DNA of 19,385 nucleotides from a virus (IMGVR_UViG_3300020034_000006:64001-83385); one strand, 5' to 3'. Numbered from the stretch's first letter, positions 6,898 to 14,479 are shown. The notes: generated from the letters alone by a model not told the origin. Made by a program: numbers and translations.

Positions 6898-8064
6898 TCA
6901 GCAACTAGCCGACTCGGCAAGGACTCGGGCGGTCACTCGGTGTTCGACCGCGTCGTAGGTGTGCTTGGTGAGGTTGAGGCAACGGATCACTCGCTCCATT
7001 GACTCAATGTCCTCGCGGCTTGAGGCCTTGGCGTCGGGGTTTTCGAGCCCCACGCCGGCCTGCTCCACGAAGTTCTCCCACTTGGAGGCGACACGAGCGA
7101 CTGCTCGCTGGTAGGCCCGATCGAGCCGATCCGCCTCGCTGGTCGGAGAGGGGGAGTCGGGAACCGACTCAGCCTGAGGTGCCGCTTCCTCGGGCTCAGC
7201 CTCGCTGCCACCTCCAACAGCGGGTTCGACCGACCCCCCCGACTCTGCGCCGAGTAGCGAGAAGTCGCCATCAGCGGTGATCGTGATCTCGTTGACCGGC
7301 AGAGTCACCGTGGTGGTCTTGTCGTTGGTCTCGAAGTCACCATCTTCGAGACTCGCCACCAGCACGTCATGGGCCGTCTCGATCCCAGTGATGCGCTCAC
7401 CCAGCAGGTCGAGGGTCGCGGTGGACGCCTGCATGAACGCGGCGGCCGCTGCCATCGTCTCCTGGAACTCCGGCGGCAGCTCCCGGGCCACCTTCAGCGT
7501 CTCGGTGTCGGGGTTCGCTCCCCGCAGAACCGAGGAAGCCTCCATCAGGTCGGCCTCGTTAACGATGACGACATCGAAGCCGTCGTCGTCCTCCTCGACC
7601 TCGTACTTGGTGATGCGGTAGCCGATGCTCCACTCGCGCAGAGCGCCCGCCTTGATCGCCCGGAAGGTCGACCGGCCCGACTCCGTGTCGAGGAAGAGGT
7701 CGGAACTGACCTTGAGGCCGGGCTTGGGGCTCGCTACGGCGCTGGCAAGGCCAGTTCCGATGGGCGGCTGCTCCGACCAGGACCAGTTGTGCTGAAAGAA
7801 GATGGGGATGGTCGCGCTCTCGGCGAGCGACGCCTTGAAGGCGTTCGCCGTGATGCGGTGCTTGGTCATCCAGCCCATCCGGTAGTCGACATCGAAGGCA
7901 GAGACGATCGCCTCGACATGGCCGGTATCGCCATCGTCGGACTCTTCGGCCTTCAGGATCTCCACGCCAAAGGAGGCGCAAAAGATGTCGCCGACCTGCA
8001 CAGCGGGCTTGTCCCCTTCGGACTGATCCGAAGGGTGCTCGTCAGTCTTCAGGGGCATTTTCAT
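6898..8064 (-). CDS. HK97-family prohead protease with long C-terminal extension (388 aa)
   Basis: EAIVSAFDVD, ANAFKASL, IPIFFQH (His), GALREWSIGY (Ser), LMEASSVLRGANP; lies between portal and capsid. Confidence 0.92.
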   Translation of the reverse strand: MKMPLKTDEHPSDQSEGDKPAVQVGDIFCASFGVEILKAEESDDGDTGHVEAIVSAFDVDYRMGWMTKHRITANAFKASLAESATIPIFFQHNWSWSEQPPIGTGLASAVASPKPGLKVSSDLFLDTESGRSTFRAIKAGALREWSIGYRITKYEVEEDDDGFDVVIVNEADLMEASSVLRGANPDTETLKVARELPPEFQETMAAAAAFMQASTATLDLLGERITGIETAHDVLVASLEDGDFETNDKTTTVTLPVNEITITADGDFSLLGAESGGSVEPAVGGGSEAEPEEAAPQAESVPDSPSPTSEADRLDRAYQRAVARVASKWENFVEQAGVGLENPDAKASSREDIESMERVIRCLNLTKHTYDAVEHRVTARVLAESASC

Positions 8065-9595
8065 CGTCCTTGTTGTCTGGGGCCGGAGCCTCGGGCTCCG
8101 GCCTGTTGTCCACCTCGATGTCGTGTTCCTGCCGCTCTACCTCCAACTCGAACCGGCGACGGTTCAACTCATCCCTGAGCACGTAGTCAGGCATGTTGTT
8201 GAGGGCGCTCTCGTTGAGAGGTCGCTGAATCGTCCGGCTGTAGCCCCTCGGGTCGGACTCTTCGGGCAGCGCAGGCTGCCGCTCGATGCCGCGCAGCTCT
8301 TCAGGGGTGTATGCCAGCAGCAGGTTGCGGAACACAGCAGCCCGCTTCCACAGGTCTGGGCGAAGCTGCTCGTCGGTATCGAAGAATGCGATGATGTTCT
8401 TCGAGCGAGCTGCGTTCTCGCGATCGATGACCTGTGCCTCGAAGTCCCCAGCAAGGAACTCCGCATGCGGACCAAGTAGGTCTCGCACGTACTGGTCGCG
8501 CATCTCTCGGGCGTTGGCCATGATGGCCCGCTCGATAACGCCCATGACGGGCGGTGGGACACCGTACACAACAAAGATCTCATCTCTTGAGAACTTGATG
8601 AGGTTGACGATGCCGTCGAACTGGGGCTCACGGTGGAAGGCTTGCCACTCACCGGAGCTGATCAACACCTTGCCCGCGCTCTGAGGCCCTTGGTAGAGCT
8701 TCAGGATCTCTTGGCGAATTGCCTCGATGGCCTTGGCGCCCGTCTGGGGTTCGACCTTGAGGTGACCGGAGACCCGGGCACCGTTGTTGAAGAAGCCCAC
8801 CATGTGCCGTGACACCGCGTCATAGAGAGCAACGGTGGTGTGAAGGGCACGAACGGGGGAGGGGTTCAGCGGGCGGCGCCCTCCCTCCCACAAGCCGAAG
8901 TGGCAGACCTTGTCTGCGGTCAGAACCTTGTCCGGTACGACGCCCTCGCCCCGATTCAGGTTGTTCAGGTTGAAGACGGTGAAGTTGTATTGCGGCTTGT
9001 GGATGTTGTAGATGAGTTCGTCCTCATCTACGTCAACTGTCTCCATCGGATGGAGCTTGAAGCCGATGATGTTGCGGGCATCGTCCCTGACGATCTCCCA
9101 GAGGGCATTGCCATGGATGAGCTTGTTGAGGACGGTGCCGTACCAAAGGGCTCGCCGGCTCGGGGCAGCGCCCTTGATCGTCCCGGCGTTGTCGGGATAG
9201 CGAAGGGCATAGGCGATCTTTCCGGCGATGCCCTTGGCGCGGTTGGGGTGGATGATGTTCTGGTTGGTGCCGGGCTCGGTGCGGTCTTCGAGATCGGTCT
9301 CGTAGAGCTTGAGCGGAAGCCTCGCCAGGCCACGGGCGATGGTGTGAACAGTGCCAAAGCCCCATGGGTTGGTCATAAGGACGTCGTAGTACGACGCCCA
9401 TCGAGCCGTACCGCCAGGGCCGTCCGTGAGCCGTACATAGCCTCGGGGCGGCATGCCGTCACTGATGAGATCCCACCCGGCGAGGTTGAGCATGTCTGGA
9501 TGGAGCAGCCCGGCTTCCACCAGGCTCTCCGGCGTCGGCATCTTCGGCGCCTCGTCTGTAGCAACCCATCGGCCGCCGGGTGCGAGGTACCTCAT
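8042..9595 (-). CDS. Portal protein, HK97 family (517 aa)
   Basis: IARGLARLPLKLY, LIHGNALWEI, CHFG...PSPVRAL, GFFNNGARVSGHL, NAGK-like SAGKVLI, EIFVVYGVPPPVMG, TPEELR. Confidence 0.95.
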   Translation of the reverse strand: MRYLAPGGRWVATDEAPKMPTPESLVEAGLLHPDMLNLAGWDLISDGMPPRGYVRLTDGPGGTARWASYYDVLMTNPWGFGTVHTIARGLARLPLKLYETDLEDRTEPGTNQNIIHPNRAKGIAGKIAYALRYPDNAGTIKGAAPSRRALWYGTVLNKLIHGNALWEIVRDDARNIIGFKLHPMETVDVDEDELIYNIHKPQYNFTVFNLNNLNRGEGVVPDKVLTADKVCHFGLWEGGRRPLNPSPVRALHTTVALYDAVSRHMVGFFNNGARVSGHLKVEPQTGAKAIEAIRQEILKLYQGPQSAGKVLISSGEWQAFHREPQFDGIVNLIKFSRDEIFVVYGVPPPVMGVIERAIMANAREMRDQYVRDLLGPHAEFLAGDFEAQVIDRENAARSKNIIAFFDTDEQLRPDLWKRAAVFRNLLLAYTPEELRGIERQPALPEESDPRGYSRTIQRPLNESALNNMPDYVLRDELNRRRFELEVERQEHDIEVDNRPEPEAPAPDNKDDENAPED

Positions 9596-9810
9596 GGCTG
9601 ACGCGCTCTCGCGATCTGAACGAAGCGGATGTTCTGCCGAGGCACGAAGACGTCGCCGGCCAGCGGCATGTCACTGCTGTCCTTGATCACGGCGTTGTTG
9701 AGCACAACGCCTTCGTCGGCAACGACAGCGAGCACGCCCTCGATCACCTGGTCGTCCACCGTGTAGACGACTGCTCGGTTGCGAACCTTGTCCTTCAGCC
9801 ATCTACGCAT
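9592..9810 (-). CDS. Small Sm/LSm-like fold protein (72 aa)
   Basis: ATG 9810 with GAGGA RBS; AVVYTVDDQVIEGVLAVVADEGVVLNNA...GDVFVPRQNIRFVQI fits Sm1/Sm2 pattern; ATGA-type overlap with the portal. Confidence 0.6.
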   Translation of the reverse strand: MRRWLKDKVRNRAVVYTVDDQVIEGVLAVVADEGVVLNNAVIKDSSDMPLAGDVFVPRQNIRFVQIARARQP

Positions 9811-10015
9811 TGGTCGGTTCCTCGGTCGTGGGCGGGGGCGGGGGCGGGGTGATGTAGGGCACGTTGTACGCGGGAGGCGTGTTGAGCTTGCTGCTGCACC
9901 GATCGCGCCCGGCTCCGCTTCGTCTCTGGGCTCGGTTGGGGCCGAAGTGCGTGGCGACATAGCGGTACGGGTTGAAGCGGTAGTGATGCTCCGTTGTGCT
10001 CATGGGCTTGCTCAC
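9803..10015 (-). CDS. Small hypothetical protein, basic with poly-Pro (about 70 aa)
   Basis: GAGGGAG RBS; fills the gap between TerL and the Sm-like gene and overlaps the latter. Confidence 0.55.
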   Translation of the reverse strand: MSKPMSTTEHHYRFNPYRYVATHFGPNRAQRRSGAGRDRCSSKLNTPPAYNVPYITPPPPPPTTEEPTNA

Positions 10016-10034
10016 TGGATGTCTCCCTCTTCGG

Positions 10035-11603
10035 TCATACGGCTATCGCTATGGTCCCTTGACTCATGTCGGCCATCAGCTCGTAGGTCGCCATGGAGCC
10101 AGCACGGATTAGATCGATGTGTCCGGCGGACTTGCTCTTTGCGAGGTAACGCCCGCCTTCTGCCCAGCGCCATGCAGCATTGACCGCATGCATGTTGAGC
10201 ACGCCGTCTCCGAGGTGCGCGATCTTGTGATCGCGCACTAGCTCATAGAGAAGGCCGTCGGCGACCACCAGGCGCTCGACCGACTGCTTGAACTCAACCG
10301 TCCGATACCCGTGATCCTCGAACATCAGCGCGATGATCTCGAAGTAGTGGGGGTCGTAGCTGATGGCCTTTATGTTCCATCGCTCGGCGATGACTCCGAG
10401 GATGTAGTTGAAGACCGCCATGTGGTCAATGCGACCATCAATAGGAGGGTAGTGACGATGCCACCAACCAACGCGTCCATCGGGTAGGAACCCGGCCACA
10501 ACAATGCCACTTGAGTCATGAGCCAGCGCCATGTCAACGCCAACGACAACATCACTCCCATCCGGAGGAGCAGCGTTGTCGTCTTGACATTCTTCCCACA
10601 CGCCAGGCATCTCATTGAGCCAGCTCTCCACTGTGAGGTTGACGAATAGATTGAAGTAATACCTCAGCGCTTCCGGCCATGGCATCTTGCCTGAAAGGAT
10701 CTCTTGTGCCCGAGTTTCGACCTGCCACGTCTGATCCGCTGCTCGCATGCCGCGAAGAGCCTCATAAATGCGCTTAGCGTCGTTGCGCGCGTAGATGATG
10801 TCGTCGGGCGGTTGGACCCAGTCGAGGAGGAAGCGGCTTTCAGGATCGCCCTTGGCCATAAGGCCACGGGCGTACATCCTCCACAGAAGGGAGTCGTCAT
10901 CCTTGGGAGGCATAGAGCCACGGCCGAGGCCGGCCGTGGACATGCCAACACCACGGCCAGGGTTGCCACCTCGCTTGCCTAGTGACTTCGAGCGCACGGT
11001 CCAGACACGTGCGATCTTCCCGTGCCACTCGTGAAGCTCGTCACCGAGCAGCAGAGACTCCTTGCCACCTTCAGAGGTTGAGTCCTTGGCTGCCACGCGC
11101 TGGATACGTCCAGGGGCGCCATCTCGGAACTCGATGTTGTTGGCAAAGACATGAAAGAGGTCGCGGCCGAGGCGATGACCGGTCCTGGCGCCTTCCTCCC
11201 CACCACACATGGCTTGTGCCTGGCGGAACAGCTCGCCAGCCTGCTCGCGAGAAGCCGCTGCCATTGTGACGATGGGGGTCTTGCGCTTGAACTCAAGAGG
11301 AAGGCGGTCCCAGCCGTAGTCCCCAGTGCGAGCAGCCGCCATCTCGAACACGGCAACCGCGGCAAAGAACTCGGTCTTGGAGGCGCCGGACTCGGCGCCT
11401 ACTAACGCTTCCTGGAACCACCACTGACGGAGGACGTCATCGAAGACGTACCAGTCCCAGAGGAAGTCCTTGTGCCAGTTGAGGAGGCGATAGGGCTCGC
11501 CGAAGACGTCGCCCTCGCCGTGGATGAGGCGTTGCTCCATCCAGCGCACGGGGATCTTGCCCAGGCTCCGCCGAGTGTCACTAAGAATTACACTGCTGCT
11601 CAC
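10035..11603 (-). CDS. terL: Terminase large subunit (522 aa)
   Basis: GEPYRLLNWHKDF (adenine-binding), deviant Walker A GAESGASKTE, AASREQA, Walker B LLGDELHEW, MSTAG coupling motif, RNase H VGVDMALAHDSSG and GHIDL. Confidence 0.96.
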   Translation of the reverse strand: MSSSVILSDTRRSLGKIPVRWMEQRLIHGEGDVFGEPYRLLNWHKDFLWDWYVFDDVLRQWWFQEALVGAESGASKTEFFAAVAVFEMAAARTGDYGWDRLPLEFKRKTPIVTMAAASREQAGELFRQAQAMCGGEEGARTGHRLGRDLFHVFANNIEFRDGAPGRIQRVAAKDSTSEGGKESLLLGDELHEWHGKIARVWTVRSKSLGKRGGNPGRGVGMSTAGLGRGSMPPKDDDSLLWRMYARGLMAKGDPESRFLLDWVQPPDDIIYARNDAKRIYEALRGMRAADQTWQVETRAQEILSGKMPWPEALRYYFNLFVNLTVESWLNEMPGVWEECQDDNAAPPDGSDVVVGVDMALAHDSSGIVVAGFLPDGRVGWWHRHYPPIDGRIDHMAVFNYILGVIAERWNIKAISYDPHYFEIIALMFEDHGYRTVEFKQSVERLVVADGLLYELVRDHKIAHLGDGVLNMHAVNAAWRWAEGGRYLAKSKSAGHIDLIRAGSMATYELMADMSQGTIAIAV

Positions 11604-11803
11604 GGCATCCGGCGATCTACCAGCCGGATGGCGGGAACGTGCTTACGGTTGTGAGTACCACACCAAACGCACTCGTCACCGAAGCCAGTGATGTCGACCA
11701 TGTAGTGAGGGCGGCTGAGGGTGTCGAGGCACTTCTTGCAGAGCGCCACATAGCGAAACCGCTTCTGTCGGAAGTGCTCGGCGAACTCGCCCGACACCTT
11801 CAC
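11600..11803 (-). CDS. Small Zn-finger protein (CKKC...CVWC)
   Basis: GTGA overlaps at both ends (11800-11803 and 11600-11603); two CxxC pairs. Alternative start at 11815. Confidence 0.65.
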   Translation of the reverse strand: MKVSGEFAEHFRQKRFRYVALCKKCLDTLSRPHYMVDITGFGDECVWCGTHNRKHVPAIRLVDRRMP

Positions 11804-12003
11804 CGGGCGTACCACTCATCAAGCGCCTTGAGCAGCGTCTTGCACTCATCGCAGATGGCGTCAGAGGTGACAGCGATGGTGAAGACCGGTGCCTCGTACC
11901 AATGGGTGAAACCCGCACCTCTGGTGTCGCGAGATGTGATCCGGGACTCCCGAAGCACGCTCACACCTTCACACGAGCATTCGCGGCCAGTCGTTATCCT
12001 CAT
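11800..12003 (-). CDS. Small Cys-rich protein (CSC...CDEC, 67 aa)
   Basis: TGATG overlap with the TerS stop; Zn-ribbon-like Cys pairs. Confidence 0.65.
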   Translation of the reverse strand: MRITTGRECSCEGVSVLRESRITSRDTRGAGFTHWYEAPVFTIAVTSDAICDECKTLLKALDEWYAR

Positions 12004-12461
12004 CAGCCGTCCTCGGTGAAGTCGAGCGCGGCATCGCCGGCCTTGGGATTGGAGGGAAGGTCGAGACTGATGCCCAGCTCCGCTCGGGCCTTTGGGGTCA
12101 CGCCGAATTGCTTCTCAAGCGGGAGGATCTGCCGCATAGCGGCATTGGCGATGTTCCAGCCGGGATGAGCTACGAGCTTGCCGCGCTCGCCTGCCATGTA
12201 CGGCTCGGCCATGAAGTCGGCGATCGAGCGGCGATAGACCTCATAGAGCTGGAACAGCCGCACGAGGGGAAGTACGTCAGCGTCGCTCACGCGGCGAGAG
12301 AGGGGCGCCAGGCACCAGAAGGAATGCCAGGCAGCCTCGATGCTCTCATCGAGCCCTGCGGGGCACTGAGGCGGCTCTACGAGCCCGTCAGTGCCTTCAT
12401 CGGCAGGGACATCCTTGGTCTCGCGGTTCTGCCGGTGCTCGGACGGCTTGCGAGGTGTCAT
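12003..12461 (-). CDS. terS: Terminase small subunit, P27 family (152 aa)
   Basis: Likely start ATG 12461. PPQCP..L...AAW, DADVLPLVRLFQLY, AHPGWNI, LEKQFGVTPKARAEL. Confidence 0.9.
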   Translation of the reverse strand: MTPRKPSEHRQNRETKDVPADEGTDGLVEPPQCPAGLDESIEAAWHSFWCLAPLSRRVSDADVLPLVRLFQLYEVYRRSIADFMAEPYMAGERGKLVAHPGWNIANAAMRQILPLEKQFGVTPKARAELGISLDLPSNPKAGDAALDFTEDG

Positions 12462-12574
12462 CCCCTGTGACCACACCAGGCAGCGAAGATCCAGAGCCCC
12501 ATCAAAAAGCCCCAACCCGTGAGACCCGCGGAGTCCTCGGTCCAACGAAGGATGATCCACTCAAGGGCATACAT
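12458..12574 (-). CDS. Tiny hydrophobic ORF, 38 aa (below track cutoff)
   Basis: MYALEWIILRWTEDSAGLTGWGFLMGLWIFAAWCGHRG; TGATG overlap at its start and ATGA overlap with the TerS start. Confidence 0.65.
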   Translation of the reverse strand: MYALEWIILRWTEDSAGLTGWGFLMGLWIFAAWCGHRG

Positions 12575-12816
12575 CAGTGCGGTTCCTCCATCGGTTCCCA
12601 GGCAACATCGCCGTTGTCGCTGACCTTGTACTCGCGCCAGGTGACGTCGGCTTCATAGACTCTGAAAGTGCAGCGCTTGCGGTTAGCACTAATGAAGAGA
12701 CACACGTGTTGCCACAGCATGTAGAGACGACGCGGATTGACGTTGCGCCATCCGTAGGTTCCATCGAGCGGCGTGCGATCAACGAGATAGACCTTGGTGG
12801 GGAGGGGCCTGCTCAT
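12574..12816 (-). CDS. Hypothetical protein (80 aa)
   Basis: ATGA overlap with the upstream gene; protein-like composition. Confidence 0.65.
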   Translation of the reverse strand: MSRPLPTKVYLVDRTPLDGTYGWRNVNPRRLYMLWQHVCLFISANRKRCTFRVYEADVTWREYKVSDNGDVAWEPMEEPH

Positions 12817-13091
12817 ACGGGCTCGTAGCTCTGAGAGAAGATGTGCGGCTTGACGGGAAAGAACTCGCCTGCGATACCGCGGACGATCCAGTCGCCCGGG
12901 TCCGCGTAGTGGCGGCCTTCGAGCGTGTCGATAGCGATGACGTGTTTGCCGTCCATGTACTCAGTGGCGTCAGGATCGACAGCGATCCCGCCACACCACG
13001 CGACGATCGCGCACATGCCGTCATAGTCGGCATCGTCGATCTGCACGGCTTCAACAACGTTTGGCACTCTGCGAAGTCTGGTGGGAGTCAT
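12813..13091 (-). CDS. Conserved phage protein, 'GDWIV.G..GEFFPVKP.IF...YE' family (92 aa)
   Basis: ATG 13091 overlaps the HNH stop; VEAVQ...IDTLEG...PGDWIVRGIAGEFFPVKPHIFSQSYE is a widespread phage motif. Confidence 0.8.
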   Translation of the reverse strand: MTPTRLRRVPNVVEAVQIDDADYDGMCAIVAWCGGIAVDPDATEYMDGKHVIAIDTLEGRHYADPGDWIVRGIAGEFFPVKPHIFSQSYEPV

Positions 13092-13405
13092 GATTGAGGC
13101 TTTGTAGCGTTCGTCCTTTTGAGGCGTTCGTTGCACGACTTGTGAGCGGGAACGACAGTCTTGCCCCCGTCGATGAAGCGAACGGGGGCGTGGTGCCAAA
13201 CGAATGGGTCATCCGCACTGGCGGGACCGTGGTAGCCATGGCAGATGCCACAGCTACCGTGTTGAGGGCAAGGCCCTAAGAGCACTGCTTGCCGGTTGCG
13301 TTCGTCCTTGACGGCTTTCTTGCACTCGGCGCAGCGGGAGAGCTTCGAGCTAATCAGCGCTCCACAGTGACCCCAGGGTGTGCCGAGGCACCTCGTTAAA
13401 GGCAT
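13088..13405 (-). CDS. HNH endonuclease, packaging-associated type (105 aa)
   Basis: N-terminal Zn motif C..C...C..C; CGIC...WHH..P...GG......AHKSCN; upstream of TerS. Confidence 0.82.
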   Translation of the reverse strand: MPLTRCLGTPWGHCGALISSKLSRCAECKKAVKDERNRQAVLLGPCPQHGSCGICHGYHGPASADDPFVWHHAPVRFIDGGKTVVPAHKSCNERLKRTNATKPQS

Positions 13406-13436
13406 CGAACTCGGGAGGTCATCAAGGGGACGCGGA

Positions 13437-13466
13437 AAGGCCCCCCGCCGGGGAGCGGGGGGCCTT
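13437..13466 (-). terminator. 12-bp hairpin upstream of the HNH gene
   Basis: AAGGCCCCCCGC/GCGGGGGGCCTT with 6-nt loop; short TTT(CC) tail on the minus strand. Confidence 0.55.
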
Positions 13467-13533
13467 AAGGGGAAGGTGCTAGGTGTAGGTGACGCACTCG
13501 GTTAGGTGCAGAACTCCTAGCCGAGCAAGATTG

Positions 13534-13562
13534 ACCTTATATCAACGGATCTGGGGACACAA
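13534..13562 (-). promoter_or_regulatory. Candidate sigma-A-type promoter for the late/packaging operon
   Basis: TTGTGT-N17-TAAGGT on the minus strand in an intergenic stretch; overlaps the imperfect palindrome TTGA-N7-TCAA (13531-13545). Confidence 0.4.
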
Positions 13563-13572
13563 GGTGGAGACG

Positions 13573-13588
13573 TGTGACATCCGTCACT
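13573..13588. promoter_or_regulatory. CRP/GlxR-like binding site
   Basis: TGTGA-catccg-TCACT, a 9/10 match to TGTGA-N6-TCACA. Confidence 0.4.
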
Positions 13589-13793
13589 CGCGCTCGACCC
13601 TTTGCCACCATGAGTCCTCGTCGGCGAGCCAGCTTGCCGGATGCTCAGCGCAGGGCATCGGCTTGAAACACCGGGCGACGACGCTGTCACGGGTGACCAG
13701 CTCGGTGCAGTAACCCCGCTCGGCCTCGTCGGCTAGTCGGTCTAGATCCGCCTCGGTCAGAACCGCCCCTGACCGGGTTCTGTACTCGGTCAC
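13584..13793 (-). CDS. Hypothetical protein with C-terminal Cys/His cluster (69 aa)
   Basis: GTG 13793 in a GTGA overlap; TRSGAVLTEADLDRLADEAERGY then C...C.KPMPCAEH. Confidence 0.65.
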   Translation of the reverse strand: MTEYRTRSGAVLTEADLDRLADEAERGYCTELVTRDSVVARCFKPMPCAEHPASWLADEDSWWQRVERE

Positions 13794-13897
13794 GACCGGC
13801 GAGCCAAGCGGACGGCAAGCCCACCAGCGACCGCCCCAATGGCGGGCGACATCACGATGAACAACGTCTCCCAGGCTCCCTGGCAGGCCACGAGCAT
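13790..13897 (-). CDS. Tiny membrane peptide, 35 aa (below track cutoff)
   Basis: MLVACQGAWETLFIVMSPAIGAVAGGLAVRLARRS; TGATG overlap at start, GTGA overlap at end. Confidence 0.65.
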   Translation of the reverse strand: MLVACQGAWETLFIVMSPAIGAVAGGLAVRLARRS

Positions 13898-14172
13898 CAG
13901 CCCTGGTCGCCCTCGACCACGGGGGTGGCAGAGGGGTGCCGCCAGGCGTGCCGGCTCTTGACCTCGTCAATCGCCACCTGATCGTCGCTCAGGTGCTCGA
14001 TCATCGAGCAGTTCATACAGGCGACACGGGCATCAGTGCCGTCCCGAGTGATCCGGAAGCCGCCTTCGACCATGTTCAAGGTGGTGCCCTCGCGGCGGGA
14101 GCGAGGCATGGACTCCACCTCGGCCCGTCGTTGCTCCGTCACACGGGGCGCCCGCGTCCTGTCGCTAGCCAT
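13897..14172 (-). CDS. Hypothetical protein (91 aa; CMNC...H..RH)
   Basis: GGAGG RBS; overlaps the upstream gene stop. Confidence 0.65.
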   Translation of the reverse strand: MASDRTRAPRVTEQRRAEVESMPRSRREGTTLNMVEGGFRITRDGTDARVACMNCSMIEHLSDDQVAIDEVKSRHAWRHPSATPVVEGDQG

Positions 14173-14479
14173 CTGCTACCTCCCGAGAGAGGGCTGCCTT
14201 GACTTCTTCGATGCTGAAGCGTCGCTGGCCGCCGGGTGTTTGCGTGAAGGGAATCATGCCCTGTCGGGCGTAGCGCTGCACGGTGGACGCAGAGAGCCCT
14301 ACAGCTCGGGCCACGTCGGCGGACCTGGCCCGCCTGGTGGCGGGCCTATCTCTCAGTTCGTCGTATCGCGTAAGGACCAGGGCGAGGGTGCGGCCGACCG
14401 TGCCTGTCTTGGAGTGCTCCCTCCCTGCGGCCTTGTTGACGATGTCCATCAGCTCATCTGGGATGTCCTCGGGGGCCAT
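14165..14479 (-). CDS. MerR/excisionase-type HTH DNA-binding protein (104 aa)
   Basis: SADVARAVGLSASTVQRYARQGMIPFTQTPGGQRRFSIEEV. Confidence 0.85.
   Translation of the reverse strand: MAPEDIPDELMDIVNKAAGREHSKTGTVGRTLALVLTRYDELRDRPATRRARSADVARAVGLSASTVQRYARQGMIPFTQTPGGQRRFSIEEVKAALSREVADG

Noticed and set aside
1587-9601. Long plus-strand ORFs (1587-2867, 4856-5719, 5731-6858, 7369-8178, 8840-9601 and others)
   Set aside because: Antisense shadows of well-supported minus-strand structural genes, expected in high-GC3 DNA; no motifs or RBS.
1-12461. Gene transfer agent rather than phage
   Set aside because: TerS, HNH, a regulator and a large accessory region favour a phage or prophage; prophage versus free phage cannot be decided from this window.
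12458-13897. Calling the tiny membrane ORFs holins
   Set aside because: Single short hydrophobic segments and no adjacent endolysin.
14165-14479. Firm excisionase call
   Set aside because: The HTH fits MerR/Xis-like families, but no integrase or att site is visible to support the function.
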